Shown: one piece after another, positions 10,185 through 20,099 of the stretch
How the letters are laid out: each line of letters begins with the position of its first letter
Position numbering within the stretch: the first letter of the stretch is position 1
Assembly: GCA_001784285.1 (NCBI GenBank)
Contig: MFQC01000007.1
Span: 4,197 to 68,196 of the forward strand
Source: Candidatus Magasanikbacteria bacterium RIFCSPHIGHO2_02_FULL_48_18
Lineage (GTDB): Bacteria; Patescibacteriota; Patescibacteriia; Magasanikbacterales; UBA922
Length of the DNA: 64,000 bases
Reading direction: 5' to 3'
The notes under the pieces: generated by a model
Seen by the model: only the letters and a program-made list of their open reading frames with translations
What the model was told of the DNA's origin: nothing
Databases searched by the model: none
Position numbers and translations under genes: made by a program

Positions 10185-10790
10185 TCAGCTTACTTGTCGA
10201 TGTTTGAGCGCGCTTCCGAGCGTGATGTCGTCGGCGTATTGGAGGTCGGCTCCCATAGGGAGGCCTCGTGCCAGTCGGGAGATGGTAAGGGTTGGATTTA
10301 TTGCTTTGCATTTTTTTTCCAAAAACATCATGGTGGTTTCCCCGGCCAGATTGGGATTGAGCGCAAGAATAATTTCTCGGATTGGCGAGGTTTGTGTTGC
10401 GATGCGTTCAAAAAGTTCCGGTATTTTCGTTTTATGCATGGTTTCTTCGTCATCAGGGGTGAGGAGGCCGCGCAGGATATGATATCGGCCTGTATATTGA
10501 CCGGTTCGTTCAATCGTGGCGGCGTCTTGCGATTCCTGCACAATACAGAGCATGGTCGGATCCCGTTTTTTATCTAGGCAAATGGCGCACGGGCTTCGAT
10601 CCGAAAAATCCCAGCAGATCTCGCAACTTTTGACCGTTTCAATGAGATTTTTTAATGCAACAGTGAGCTCGGCCGCGTCTTTTTTGCCGGATTTCAAAAG
10701 GTGGAAGACAAACCGCTCGGCGGTTCGCTGTCCCACGCCGGGCAATGTGGCAAATGCCCGAATCAAATTGTGAATTGGGATGGGGTACAT
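10185..10790 (-). CDS. recR: recombination protein RecR
   Basis: HhH motif LPGVGQRTAERFVFHLL, C4 zinc finger CEICWDFSDRSPCAICLD, Toprim region; 201 aa. Confidence 0.9.
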   Translation of the reverse strand: MYPIPIHNLIRAFATLPGVGQRTAERFVFHLLKSGKKDAAELTVALKNLIETVKSCEICWDFSDRSPCAICLDKKRDPTMLCIVQESQDAATIERTGQYTGRYHILRGLLTPDDEETMHKTKIPELFERIATQTSPIREIILALNPNLAGETTMMFLEKKCKAINPTLTISRLARGLPMGADLQYADDITLGSALKHRQVS

Positions 10791-10804
10791 GACAGAGGCA
10801 ATGG

Positions 10805-11107
10805 TTAATTCAGCCCGGGTATATTGGGCAATCCGCCCATTTCTTTCATTTTTACAGCCATAATGCGCTGGATTTTTTTTACGGCGTCATTAAAGGCTTC
10901 TTTCAATTCTGTCTGGAGTTTTTCTTGTTTGTCTTTTGACAGCAATGCTTCATCAATCGCAAGCCCTGTGACCGTGAGATTGCCATCCATCGTGAGCACA
11001 ATGCTATCTCCCGCCTTTTTTATCGTTACCGATTCTTCAGCCAGTTTGCTTTGCAGATCTTTGGCCTGGCTACGAAGATCTTTGAATTGTTTCAATTTGT
11101 TGAACAT
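10805..11107 (-). CDS. ybaB: nucleoid-associated protein YbaB/EbfC
   Basis: 100-aa protein ending ...KIQRIMAVKMKEMGGLPNIPGLN. Classic YbaB family and position immediately upstream of recR. Confidence 0.8.
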   Translation of the reverse strand: MFNKLKQFKDLRSQAKDLQSKLAEESVTIKKAGDSIVLTMDGNLTVTGLAIDEALLSKDKQEKLQTELKEAFNDAVKKIQRIMAVKMKEMGGLPNIPGLN

Positions 11108-11154
11108 ACGATCATTGAATTATTATAATAATTGGATATTTGATATTGTCATTA

Positions 11155-12588
11155 TCAAAATGACGGGATTCGTTCCACCATTGGCGCCGCCGGGGTCATG
11201 GGCGGCTCTGCCCCGCCATATCGGGTATCAAGATCGTGAAAACTGGCTCGGGGTTCATCAAAAAATACTTTCACTTGTCCGGTAGGGCCGTTTCTGTGTT
11301 TTGCAATATGGATTTCAGCGATATGCCGCTCATCTGGCGCTATATCGTCAAGCCGATAATTTCTATCCGCCGCTTTTCGATAGATAAACATGACAACATC
11401 CGCGTCTTGTTCAATACTGCCCGATTCTCTCAAGTGCGAAAGTTTTGGGATAGCCGGTTTGGTTTGTTCCACCGCGCGAGAAAGCTGTGACAGCGCAAGA
11501 ACGGGAACGTTCAATTCGCGGGCGATGCCTTTGAGGTTTCGGCTCATTTCCGCCACTTCTTGGACACGGTTATCCGACGCGCCGCGATGCGATTCCATGA
11601 GTTGCAAGTAATCAATGATAATGAGGCCAAGCCCGTGTTCTGCTTGGAGCCGACGCGCTTTGGTCCGGATGTGCATGACCGTGTTTCCTGGGTTGTCGTC
11701 AATAAAGATTTTGGCTTCGGATAATACGCCCATGGCATGGCCGATCCGGGGAAAGTCTTGGCTGTCCGGCCGGTCTGATAAATTTCCGGTCCGCATTTTC
11801 CAGAGATCAACGCCGGCTTCGGCGCACAGAAGGCGGTCAACCAGCTGTTCTTTGCTCATTTCCAAAGAAAAGATGCCAACCGATTCTTTGCCGCGCACCC
11901 CCACATGGCGCGCGATATCAAGCGCAAACGAGGTTTTTCCAACCGATGGACGGGCGGCAAGGACGATAAGATCCGACCGCTGGAGTCCTGCGAGAAGATT
12001 ATCCAATGGATGGAATCCAGTTGCGATGCCGCGGAGTTTTCCTTTTTCTTTATGCAATTCATCAATGCGTTCAAATGCTTCGCTCAATACGCTCCGGATG
12101 GGCGCGAATGATTGTTTGAGATGTTTTTGCGTGACGCCGTACAGATATTGCTGGGCTTCATCAAGCAATTCATCCACGTTTTCTCGCTCTTCTTCATACC
12201 CAAGCCGCACCATTTCTTGGGCCGCTCTCAAGAGTTTTCGGTGAGTGGATTTTCGTCGGACGATATTCGCATATTCTTTGACATGCGCGGCTGTCGGGAC
12301 CGTATTGCTCAAAGTGACAAGGTACGTTCGGCCGCCGACTTTTTCCAGCATGCCTTTTTCTTCTAAGCGGTTGCCAAGCGTGAGGAGATCCACGGATTCA
12401 TTTTTATTGTAGAGCTCGTCCATGGTTTCAAAAATGGTTGCATTGGCGTCTTTATAAAAATCTTCCGGATCAATAATATCCGCGATTTTGATCATCGCGT
12501 CTTTGTCGAGCAATACCGAACCGAGGAGCGACATTTCTGCCTCCATATTTTGAGGTGGAATTTTTTCTCTTTGGATGATGTCAGTCAT
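11155..12588 (-). CDS. dnaB: replicative DNA helicase DnaB
   Basis: N-terminal PPQNMEAEMSLLGSVLLD, Walker A GARPSVGKTSFALDIA, RecA-like C-terminal domain. Start set at MTDIIQREK (12588); the ORF track extends to 12816, which is probably upstream read-through. Confidence 0.85.
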   Translation of the reverse strand: MTDIIQREKIPPQNMEAEMSLLGSVLLDKDAMIKIADIIDPEDFYKDANATIFETMDELYNKNESVDLLTLGNRLEEKGMLEKVGGRTYLVTLSNTVPTAAHVKEYANIVRRKSTHRKLLRAAQEMVRLGYEEERENVDELLDEAQQYLYGVTQKHLKQSFAPIRSVLSEAFERIDELHKEKGKLRGIATGFHPLDNLLAGLQRSDLIVLAARPSVGKTSFALDIARHVGVRGKESVGIFSLEMSKEQLVDRLLCAEAGVDLWKMRTGNLSDRPDSQDFPRIGHAMGVLSEAKIFIDDNPGNTVMHIRTKARRLQAEHGLGLIIIDYLQLMESHRGASDNRVQEVAEMSRNLKGIARELNVPVLALSQLSRAVEQTKPAIPKLSHLRESGSIEQDADVVMFIYRKAADRNYRLDDIAPDERHIAEIHIAKHRNGPTGQVKVFFDEPRASFHDLDTRYGGAEPPMTPAAPMVERIPSF

Positions 12589-12727
12589 AGAGCCGGGAGC
12601 AAAAGTAAGAGTATCATAGCCTATTCGTCTCATGGGTTCAACCGCGCCATGGGGAGGGAGTGTGGGAAATGTGTGGAGGGTTTTCCCATTGCCAGGAAGG
12701 CGCTCTTTGCCTATACTGAAAGGGATT

Positions 12728-13618
12728 ATGCCACAAAAATCTCGGCTCAAAGACACATTTCCCTGCCATCCGTATGAAAAAAATCCGGGTATTTTGGTGT
12801 GTTGGCACGATGCCATGGGCGACTTAGCGAAAGACGAAGCACACCACCACGATGATGACGATGCAGATCAATTTGAGACCCACCAACTCAATGCGTGGCG
12901 GAATCTGTTTTATCATAAACAATTTCAATCCATAATCCAATCGGCTGTGCCAAAAGGTTCCCCCCTGCTTGAAATTGGCGCTGGGAGTGGGGTCGACGCG
13001 AAGGTCTTGGTTCAGGATCATCCGCTGACGATTACCGATGTTTCTCCTGCCACGCTTGATCGGCTGTCGCAATGGCTCAGAGGACCGGATATTTTTTTTA
13101 TTGCCGCGGACGGGCAATTTTTGCCGTTTGAGGATCATCAGTTTGGCGCGGTGTACATGGCGGCGACGTTTCATCATTTTGAAGATCCGCAAAAAGCTAC
13201 CGCGGAATGTTATCGCGTGTTGCGAAAAGATGGCATAATAGCGATTGCGGTTGAGCCAAACGCCACGTATTTCCGTCCATTAAAACGATTCCAAAACGTG
13301 TTGTACCGATTAACGCATACCGACCCGGAACATATTTCTCACGCGGATGCGGAAATGGAAGGATTCCGGAAGAGCGATTTTGAACATATTTTTGACTCAG
13401 ACCAGTGGACTGATCGCAGGATCCGGCCCATGTGGTTTGTGGCGGGGTGGATCCATTATTTTTTGGAATTTTTATTCCGTGCGTTTCGTCTCAAAAAGCG
13501 GATTATTCTTCCGCTTTGGTTGGAAAAAGGTATTGTCGCGTTTGATGAAGTTTTTTTTCGTATTCCGGGGATGAAGTATTTTTGCTGGCATTGGATTGTG
13601 AGCGCGAAAAAACGATGA
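12728..13618 (+). CDS. class I SAM-dependent methyltransferase
   Basis: Motif I LLEIGAGSGVDA, ...DGQFLPFEDHQFGAVY (Methyltransf_11-like). Start uncertain; 12632, 12728 and 12815 are all ATG. TATACT at 12712-12717 sits just upstream of 12728. Confidence 0.6.
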   Translation: MPQKSRLKDTFPCHPYEKNPGILVCWHDAMGDLAKDEAHHHDDDDADQFETHQLNAWRNLFYHKQFQSIIQSAVPKGSPLLEIGAGSGVDAKVLVQDHPLTITDVSPATLDRLSQWLRGPDIFFIAADGQFLPFEDHQFGAVYMAATFHHFEDPQKATAECYRVLRKDGIIAIAVEPNATYFRPLKRFQNVLYRLTHTDPEHISHADAEMEGFRKSDFEHIFDSDQWTDRRIRPMWFVAGWIHYFLEFLFRAFRLKKRIILPLWLEKGIVAFDEVFFRIPGMKYFCWHWIVSAKKR

Positions 13619-13627
13619 ATGATATAT

Positions 13628-14845
13628 ATGAAAGTGTGCATTATTGAAAATATTTATCCGCCCTATGATCGCGGCGGCGCCGAACAAGTGGTGGCAAAAA
13701 CCGTGGAAGGATTGCTCCATCAAGGGCATGACGTTATCATCATTACCACCATGCCCCAGGGAAATGTGGTGGAAACCGATGCACATCTTACCATTTATCG
13801 CCGCAGGCCATGGAACCTCTTTTTTTATACGGACGCACAGCATCATTCCGTGTTTGTCCGGTTTCTTTGGCACGCGATTGACATGGTCCACATCCCCATG
13901 ATGTGGTGGGTAAGAGGTGTCCTTAAAAAAGAACAGCCCGATGTGGTGCATACGCACAATTTGATGGGGCTCAGTTTTCTTATTCCTCGCATGATTCGAC
14001 GGCTTGGATTTCCTCATATCCACACCGTGCATGATGTTCAGCTTGTGGAGCCGAGCGCCATGATTTTAAAGACCCAAGAAAAAAGCTGGCGCTATACGGG
14101 ATGGCCAACCAACATGTATTCGTGGCTCATGAACATACTTATGGGTTCGCCCGATATCGTGATTTCACCATCCCAGTTTTTATTGGATTTTTATCAATCG
14201 CGCGGTTTTTTTTCAACGTCTGAGTTTGTGGTGTTGCGCAATCCCATGACCATGGATGTTTCAGGAGAAAAAAAGAAAAAGCCGGAACGCCGGCCATTTC
14301 GTTTTCTGTATCTTGGTCAGATTGAACGCCACAAAGGGATTGTGTTTTTGATTGAGGTATTTCAACAATTGATACGGGAGAAAAATGAAAATTGCGAATT
14401 GCATATTGTGGGAAGCGGTTCCATAATGCCCGAGGTTGAATCATTGGTCCGCGGGACGCCGCAGATACGTATTCATGGCCGAATGGATCGATCTCAAATT
14501 CCGGAACTTTTTTCACAGACTGATGTAACGGTCGTGCCGTCGTTGTGCTACGAAAATTCACCAACGGTTATTTTTGAAAGCCTCACGTGCGGCGTGCCGG
14601 TCGTGGCAAGCCGTATTGAAGGAATCGCTGAGCTTATTCAAGAGGGAGAGAACGGCCTTACCTTTGAAACCGAGGACTCAGCGTCTCTGAGAGAAAAGCT
14701 CTTGTGGTGTTTGGAGCACCGGGAGCAAATACAACACATGAGTACAAAAGCTGTTCAGTCGGTGGTTGGGCTATCGCTTCGAGAGTATATAGAACGGCTC
14801 GTGGTGCTGTACGGACGGAAGAAATCCGCAGGGTTACGTTCGTAG
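13628..14845 (+). CDS. glycosyltransferase family 4 (GT4, GT-B fold)
   Basis: MKVCIIENIYPPYDRGGAEQVV N-terminus and C-terminal E-x7-E motif region CYENSPTVIFESLTCGVPVVASRIEGIAELI. Confidence 0.8.
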   Translation: MKVCIIENIYPPYDRGGAEQVVAKTVEGLLHQGHDVIIITTMPQGNVVETDAHLTIYRRRPWNLFFYTDAQHHSVFVRFLWHAIDMVHIPMMWWVRGVLKKEQPDVVHTHNLMGLSFLIPRMIRRLGFPHIHTVHDVQLVEPSAMILKTQEKSWRYTGWPTNMYSWLMNILMGSPDIVISPSQFLLDFYQSRGFFSTSEFVVLRNPMTMDVSGEKKKKPERRPFRFLYLGQIERHKGIVFLIEVFQQLIREKNENCELHIVGSGSIMPEVESLVRGTPQIRIHGRMDRSQIPELFSQTDVTVVPSLCYENSPTVIFESLTCGVPVVASRIEGIAELIQEGENGLTFETEDSASLREKLLWCLEHREQIQHMSTKAVQSVVGLSLREYIERLVVLYGRKKSAGLRS

Positions 14846-14889
14846 TTCCTCCCGCTCTCTCAGAAATGAATCCAAAAAACAATATCGTT

Positions 14890-17055
14890 TTATGATGACG
14901 GACGATTGAATGTAAAAATCCACATTTCTCCATTGCCAATTTCTTGCCACCCATCGGCCGATTGTTTCGCGCTGAAAATAATGTGCTCTGCGTCGTCCCA
15001 ATAGCGAGGAACAACCACATACGCACGATTCGTACGGGTAAGCTCAAGAACCGAGAGAACGGTTTCTTTTTTTTGTCCCTGGTATAAAAAGTCGAGGTAG
15101 GCTTTGTAGAGAGGGCTTCCGGTTGGAATGGAATAATAAAAAAGGTTTCCCTCGCCGGTTTCGTAATATCGTTCAAATCCGAATTGTTCAATGGACGCCG
15201 CGGCAGTAAGAATCGGCGAAAGAACAATGTACGCCGTTGATGAAGGAGCCGTGTTGTGAATCCATGCCGCTCCCGCCATGTCCGACGACGTCACGTTATA
15301 CCCTTTTGCAACGACTTTGGGGTTGCTTTGGGGGTAGAGAAGATAGAACGATCCGGTAAGAAACACGGCAAAGAGAATACTGATGGGGATCTTGACAAAA
15401 TTGATTGTTGCAATTCGGTTGAGTCCATAGACGATGCCACATAAAAAAAGCGGTAAGAGGGGGTATATCGCGATATGAAGGAGCCGCCCGGCATATTGCA
15501 GTTGATCGTATACATGGAGATCCGGAAATGTAAGCCAGGTACTCGTAAAAAACGCGTTGACAACAATAGTCGCTGAGAGAAAAAGGACTAATCGGAAAAA
15601 AGGACGAAACGGTTCTTCTGTTTTTTTTCTATGAACGATAACAAGAAGAGCGATCAAAAGAATAATCGGTATAATCATTTTTCGATAAAGGTAGAGAGCA
15701 TCCCATAGCCACGCAACCGGTTCTTGGGAAAAATAGTATGGGTCTTTAAAAAATGAAAAAAAATGATTGATATTTTTTGGGATGTTTGAGAGAGAAGGAA
15801 GGGGAAGATGTTGGATGACGCGCTGATAGATCAAGAAAAAAAGAGGAATGACGAGCGACCCAACAGCGCCGCAACATATCCAGAATATTTTTTTTCCGAT
15901 GAAATGTGATTTTTTTTTCTTTTCAAACCACAAAGCAAAAAAGAGGCCAAAGGAAAAAAGCAGCGCAAAAATGCCCGGAAGAATATGAATCATCGCCGAT
16001 GTTACAGAGAGTAGTACCAGCGGAATGTATAATGCGCGATGCCGGATTGCAAGCGGCGCGGCAAAGATGACAAGAAGAAAAAACAGATTTGCCAAATTGT
16101 GCGGGGTCGTCGCGATCATGGTTGTAAGAGGAAAGAAGAGAAGAAGAGGAGTAACAAATCGCGATTGCTTGTCCGAGATACCAAAACCATGGCGGAGGCT
16201 TGTGACGGCGAGAAAAGGCAGAAGAAGCGACGCGAGAAGCGGGGTTAAAAAAATATCAAGAATGGTGATTGGAATATGGGTGATATGCGTGAGGATATTG
16301 ACGATAACGTATTGGCCGATATAAAACGGGGTTTTGGGGGCAATAAAACCATAGTCAAAAATATGCTGTTCCGCGGCTCGGTGGAGAAACGGATCATACC
16401 CAAATCCTAAAGGGTAAAGCACGGTTGCCACGCCGAAGGTGAGAAAAAAGTGGAGCGTAATAAGAAGAAGACCGGCGGCTGTATTGGCGGTTCGACATTG
16501 GTAGAAAAGAAGAATGGCTGTTGTTATGCCGTAGAGGAGAAAAAATTTTGGGCCAACCGCAAGCCAGGGGGAGGGGAGGACTCCTGTGGTTGCCCGTGAC
16601 AAAAGAAGAACAAACAAGACGGTTTGACCAAGGAGAATCAAGAGAAAAAGAATGAGGTTGGGTGTTGTTTCTTGAAAATTATTTTTCCATTTTTTCATCG
16701 TCTGCGTCTGGTTTTCCCTGAGGTCTTTTTTTCTATACATCAGGAATCCAATCATAATCGCGACGGCAGCAAACGTTGCCAAAATCGTCACTGGCGTACT
16801 TGCAAAAACAACATAGACTGCTCCATGGAGAATAATAAGAAGAGCCGTGACACACACGACGCCCCAACATGACGCATAAGGATTTTTTGAAAAAACGGTT
16901 TTCCCAAGGAGTTTTCCCAACAGCCCAATACACCCGAGGAGAGAAACCGCGCCAAGAATACCAAACAACGGCGTGGCAAAGGCCATGCCGAGCCAAATTC
17001 CTGCTATGCACAGGGGAATAATTATGCTATAATAAAAGAAATATTGGCGGAACAT
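14890..17055 (-). CDS. large polytopic membrane protein with C-terminal soluble domain, putative membrane glycosyltransferase or glycan-polymerase-like; function unknown
   Basis: 721 aa; about 14 or more predicted TM helices from hydrophobic runs, then a ~180-aa hydrophilic C-terminal domain. True ATG start. Flanked by GT4 and CDP-alcohol phosphatidyltransferase/GT-C genes. Confidence 0.5.
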   Translation of the reverse strand: MFRQYFFYYSIIIPLCIAGIWLGMAFATPLFGILGAVSLLGCIGLLGKLLGKTVFSKNPYASCWGVVCVTALLIILHGAVYVVFASTPVTILATFAAVAIMIGFLMYRKKDLRENQTQTMKKWKNNFQETTPNLILFLLILLGQTVLFVLLLSRATTGVLPSPWLAVGPKFFLLYGITTAILLFYQCRTANTAAGLLLITLHFFLTFGVATVLYPLGFGYDPFLHRAAEQHIFDYGFIAPKTPFYIGQYVIVNILTHITHIPITILDIFLTPLLASLLLPFLAVTSLRHGFGISDKQSRFVTPLLLFFPLTTMIATTPHNLANLFFLLVIFAAPLAIRHRALYIPLVLLSVTSAMIHILPGIFALLFSFGLFFALWFEKKKKSHFIGKKIFWICCGAVGSLVIPLFFLIYQRVIQHLPLPSLSNIPKNINHFFSFFKDPYYFSQEPVAWLWDALYLYRKMIIPIILLIALLVIVHRKKTEEPFRPFFRLVLFLSATIVVNAFFTSTWLTFPDLHVYDQLQYAGRLLHIAIYPLLPLFLCGIVYGLNRIATINFVKIPISILFAVFLTGSFYLLYPQSNPKVVAKGYNVTSSDMAGAAWIHNTAPSSTAYIVLSPILTAAASIEQFGFERYYETGEGNLFYYSIPTGSPLYKAYLDFLYQGQKKETVLSVLELTRTNRAYVVVPRYWDDAEHIIFSAKQSADGWQEIGNGEMWIFTFNRPSS

Positions 17056-17131
17056 AGATCAAAATAATCATAGCATACCAGTATAAAATACACGAGTATT
17101 TCTATTTCCATAGAATGTAATCCAAAAAGCG

Positions 17132-17749
17132 ATGAATAATTTTTTTGTGCGGAATCATCCGCAGTTATTTACTTTTTTACCAGCCACGGAGGTTCATCCG
17201 CACGACCATTTTTTTGCGGTTACCATTTTACGGCTGTTTCCCCGGCGCATTACTCCAAACATGATAACCACGGTTCGGGTTCTTATGACGCCGGTCGTTT
17301 TTTACATTATCCTCTTTGGAAATTATCGGCTGGGGATTGTGTTATTTTTAGCCGCCGCGTTTACCGATGCGATTGACGGCACCATGGCGCGAACCAGAAA
17401 TCAAATTACGCGTTTTGGCATGATGTTTGATCCTTTGGCCGATAAGTTTCTCATTGGGTCCATGGTCCTCTTGCTGGTATTTCGCTATTTCCATTTTTTG
17501 CTCGGGATTGCCATTTTGGGGTTGGAAATTGCGATTATCGCGAGCGCGTTTGTGATAAAAATAAAATTTAAAAAAGAAATCATGGCCAATCGATGGGGCA
17601 AAATGAAAATGCTTTTTCAGGTCATCGCCACGTTTGTGACGTTACTTGCCTTATTGCTGGATTTTCCCTATTTTTTTACACTCGCCGCATGGATTTTTGG
17701 GCTTGCGATCGGTTTTGCCATTTTGAGTTTGTTTAAACATGGAATTTGA
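17132..17749 (+). CDS. CDP-alcohol phosphatidyltransferase (PgsA-like)
   Basis: Canonical motif D-G-x2-A-R-x8-G-x3-D-x3-D: TDAIDGTMARTRNQITRFGMMFDPLADKF. Multi-TM, 205 aa. Stop overlaps the next start (ATGA at 17746-17749). Confidence 0.8.
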   Translation: MNNFFVRNHPQLFTFLPATEVHPHDHFFAVTILRLFPRRITPNMITTVRVLMTPVVFYIILFGNYRLGIVLFLAAAFTDAIDGTMARTRNQITRFGMMFDPLADKFLIGSMVLLLVFRYFHFLLGIAILGLEIAIIASAFVIKIKFKKEIMANRWGKMKMLFQVIATFVTLLALLLDFPYFFTLAAWIFGLAIGFAILSLFKHGI

Positions 17750-19326
17750 ACATGAAGAAACAGACACCCCACACAATTATTCTTTTTTTCCTTGCCGGGA
17801 TTTTTTTTATTCTCTATAACCTTCTCAATTTTTCCACTCCTCGGCTGTTTAATTCTCCGGACGAAACCATGCATCACGCATTTATCAAACAGTTTGCGCA
17901 AACCAATCAATTTATTTTTCCTCACACGCATGATTACGGCGACTTTGCGCGTTTTGTTTTTCCACGGAGCACGTATGGTGTGGGACCGGTTATTGTGCCG
18001 GTTGGTTTTTGGGGGCTCAATGTCGTGTATGGATTTTTGGCAAAAATCGTCGGTGTTTCCTTCGTTGTTTTTTTGACATCCATCCTGGTTATCATTGGCG
18101 TTTTTTGTTGGTATAGTCTTATCAGACATCTGTTTCATCGATCGGTTGCGTTTATTTCTTCGGTGTTGTTTTTGTGCCAGCCGGTTCTCTGGTATTACAC
18201 CGAACGCAGTTTGTTTCCCAATGTGCCATTTCTCATGTTTTTGATTATAGGCCTTTGGTTTTTGATTGTCCGCCCTCTGTTTTCCAAAAGAAAAACAGCG
18301 TCGTTATTGAATGAATTATTTGGATCAATAGTTTTTTTTACCGCAATTCTTATTCGTCCAAGTGAGGTACTTTGGCTGGGAGTTGGAACCGCGATTGTCC
18401 TTTTTGCTTATAGAAAAAAAGTTGATTGGACGCGTTTTGGCATATTCGCGGCGGTTGGATTTCTCTTTTTGTGTTTGTATGTGCTCGTCAATGGCGTCTT
18501 GTTTCGCGGGCATCTTATTGGGTATGCGGCGTCTCAATCCGCAGTACTCCCTCATTGGTATAGTGTTGTTTTTCCGTTTGGGATTGATATATCACAGATT
18601 ATAAAAGCAAAGTATGTGTATTTGTTTCAACTCGTCTGGTGGTATACCGTTCCTGCCGGAATAGGCATACTTATTTTTTTGAACCAATGGAAACACCGGA
18701 TGCTGCCAAAAAAACAGCGGGTGTACGGTGCGGTTTTTTTCTGTATGGCTTTCTTTTTACTTGTGTTGTATGGAAGTTTTCATGACGCGCGTTTTTCGCT
18801 CCATACGATTGGTATTTCGTACACCCGCTATTGGCTCCCCATAAGTATTGGACTCTTGCCGTTCGCGGCTTTGTGTCTTTTGCGATTGCAAGAATTTTTT
18901 CATCGAGCGTGGCAAAAACAACTGGTTGGTGCGTGGATATTGTTTTTGGTATTTTTATTGAGCGCGCGCGCGGTATTTTTGGGGGACGACGGCATTATCA
19001 AAACCGGAGAAAATATTGCCCATGGTGCGGAAATAAAAACATGGACGCTCGCGGAAATACCGGAGAACGCGATTGTTGTCACTGACACGGAGGATAAATT
19101 TTTTTGGCCGGAGAGACAGGTGATGGTAAATATAAAAAATGGTGATATTCGGATGGGCATTCATGGGCTGTTGAAAAAAAGGTATCCGCTTTATTTTTTT
19201 ACGCCGCGACTTGAAGACAACACGATGAAAGAACTTCAGGAGTTGCTGCGTACGTCATCACTTGAATTAGAAAAAATCATGGAATTCCCCCCGCACGAGA
19301 TGTATCGCATAAAAATAGCTCTCTAA
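17746..19326 (+). CDS. GT-C fold membrane glycosyltransferase (PMT/ArnT-like, GT39/GT83-type)
   Basis: 526 aa, about 11 TM segments. First periplasmic loop has the DE motif (FNSPDETMHHAFIKQFAQ) typical of GT-C glycosyltransferases. Soluble C-terminal domain. Confidence 0.55.
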   Translation: MNMKKQTPHTIILFFLAGIFFILYNLLNFSTPRLFNSPDETMHHAFIKQFAQTNQFIFPHTHDYGDFARFVFPRSTYGVGPVIVPVGFWGLNVVYGFLAKIVGVSFVVFLTSILVIIGVFCWYSLIRHLFHRSVAFISSVLFLCQPVLWYYTERSLFPNVPFLMFLIIGLWFLIVRPLFSKRKTASLLNELFGSIVFFTAILIRPSEVLWLGVGTAIVLFAYRKKVDWTRFGIFAAVGFLFLCLYVLVNGVLFRGHLIGYAASQSAVLPHWYSVVFPFGIDISQIIKAKYVYLFQLVWWYTVPAGIGILIFLNQWKHRMLPKKQRVYGAVFFCMAFFLLVLYGSFHDARFSLHTIGISYTRYWLPISIGLLPFAALCLLRLQEFFHRAWQKQLVGAWILFLVFLLSARAVFLGDDGIIKTGENIAHGAEIKTWTLAEIPENAIVVTDTEDKFFWPERQVMVNIKNGDIRMGIHGLLKKRYPLYFFTPRLEDNTMKELQELLRTSSLELEKIMEFPPHEMYRIKIAL

Positions 19327-19385
19327 AAAAGAATCGACCCGAGCGCTCAAGCGTCCCGGGCCGTATCTCCTTGGTTGTGGTGTCC

Positions 19386-20099
19386 TTACGTCGGGCCACG
19401 TGCGGCGAGCTTCTGTTTCAAGCTCAAAACCGCAAACGGTATAGCTAGGATGTACGCCGCCGTTCCTGCGTAGACCGGCCATGTGTCGAGGTTGTCGTTC
19501 GCGAGCACCAGCCCGCCGGTTCCAATGAGCTCAAGCGTGAATTTGAGCTTTCCGGACATTCTGGCCTTGAGCGCACGGTCATCGACCCCGTGGCGTGTTG
19601 CGTAGAAGTCGTCCACCCGCACGACCGCGAGCCAAACCTCAACGACGAGGAGAATGGCGATCGCGGCAAACGTCGGCAGGTGGATGTACCAGACGGCGTT
19701 CATAAAGTCCGCCGTGGCGAGCGCTCCCAGGGTCACGACGACCCAAAACGCTTTGTCGCAAAAGGCGTCGAGGAAGGCTCCCAACACGCCGTCGTGCGGG
19801 TGGCCGTTCTTTTTGTGGACCATGGCCACAAGCCCGTCCACAAAGTCGAGAACGCCCGCGACGACATAGAGCCAGAAGGCGGTCGCGGTCAGTCCGATTT
19901 TTAGAAGAACGGCGACCGGGATCGCCATGAACGTTCTGAAAATTGTGACGCGGTTTGCCGTCACGAACATGACCTCGCCGTAGAACGGAATCGAGATCGT
20001 ATACGGCAGGATCACTTCGGCGATCGGGCCAAAGAATTTGCGAAGACGGGCATAAAGTCCGCCAAAAATCGAAAGGACGAACGTTGTAAAAACTTCCAT
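19386..20099 (-). CDS. CDP-alcohol phosphatidyltransferase family protein, GC-rich copy
   Basis: Motif DFVDGLVAMVHKKNGHPHDGVLGAFLDAFCDK (D-x2-D-G...G-x3-D-x3-D, with Met in place of the usual Arg). Multi-TM. Local GC about 60% versus about 45% in flanks. AGGAGG Shine-Dalgarno (complement of ~20107-20112) about 6 nt upstream of the ATG. Confidence 0.65.
   Translation of the reverse strand: MEVFTTFVLSIFGGLYARLRKFFGPIAEVILPYTISIPFYGEVMFVTANRVTIFRTFMAIPVAVLLKIGLTATAFWLYVVAGVLDFVDGLVAMVHKKNGHPHDGVLGAFLDAFCDKAFWVVVTLGALATADFMNAVWYIHLPTFAAIAILLVVEVWLAVVRVDDFYATRHGVDDRALKARMSGKLKFTLELIGTGGLVLANDNLDTWPVYAGTAAYILAIPFAVLSLKQKLAARGPT

Noticed and set aside
11615-12244. 209-aa plus-strand ORF inside dnaB
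   Set aside because: It is opposite the DnaB Walker-A/RecA core, with Ser/Arg/Pro-rich non-protein-like sequence.
12632-12727. Longer N-terminus for the methyltransferase (start at ATG 12632)
   Set aside because: The extra 32 residues (MGSTAPWGGSVGNVWRVFPLPGRR...) are Trp/Gly-rich and overlap the dnaB upstream region. A TATACT -10 lies immediately before ATG 12728. The longer start is kept only as an alternative.
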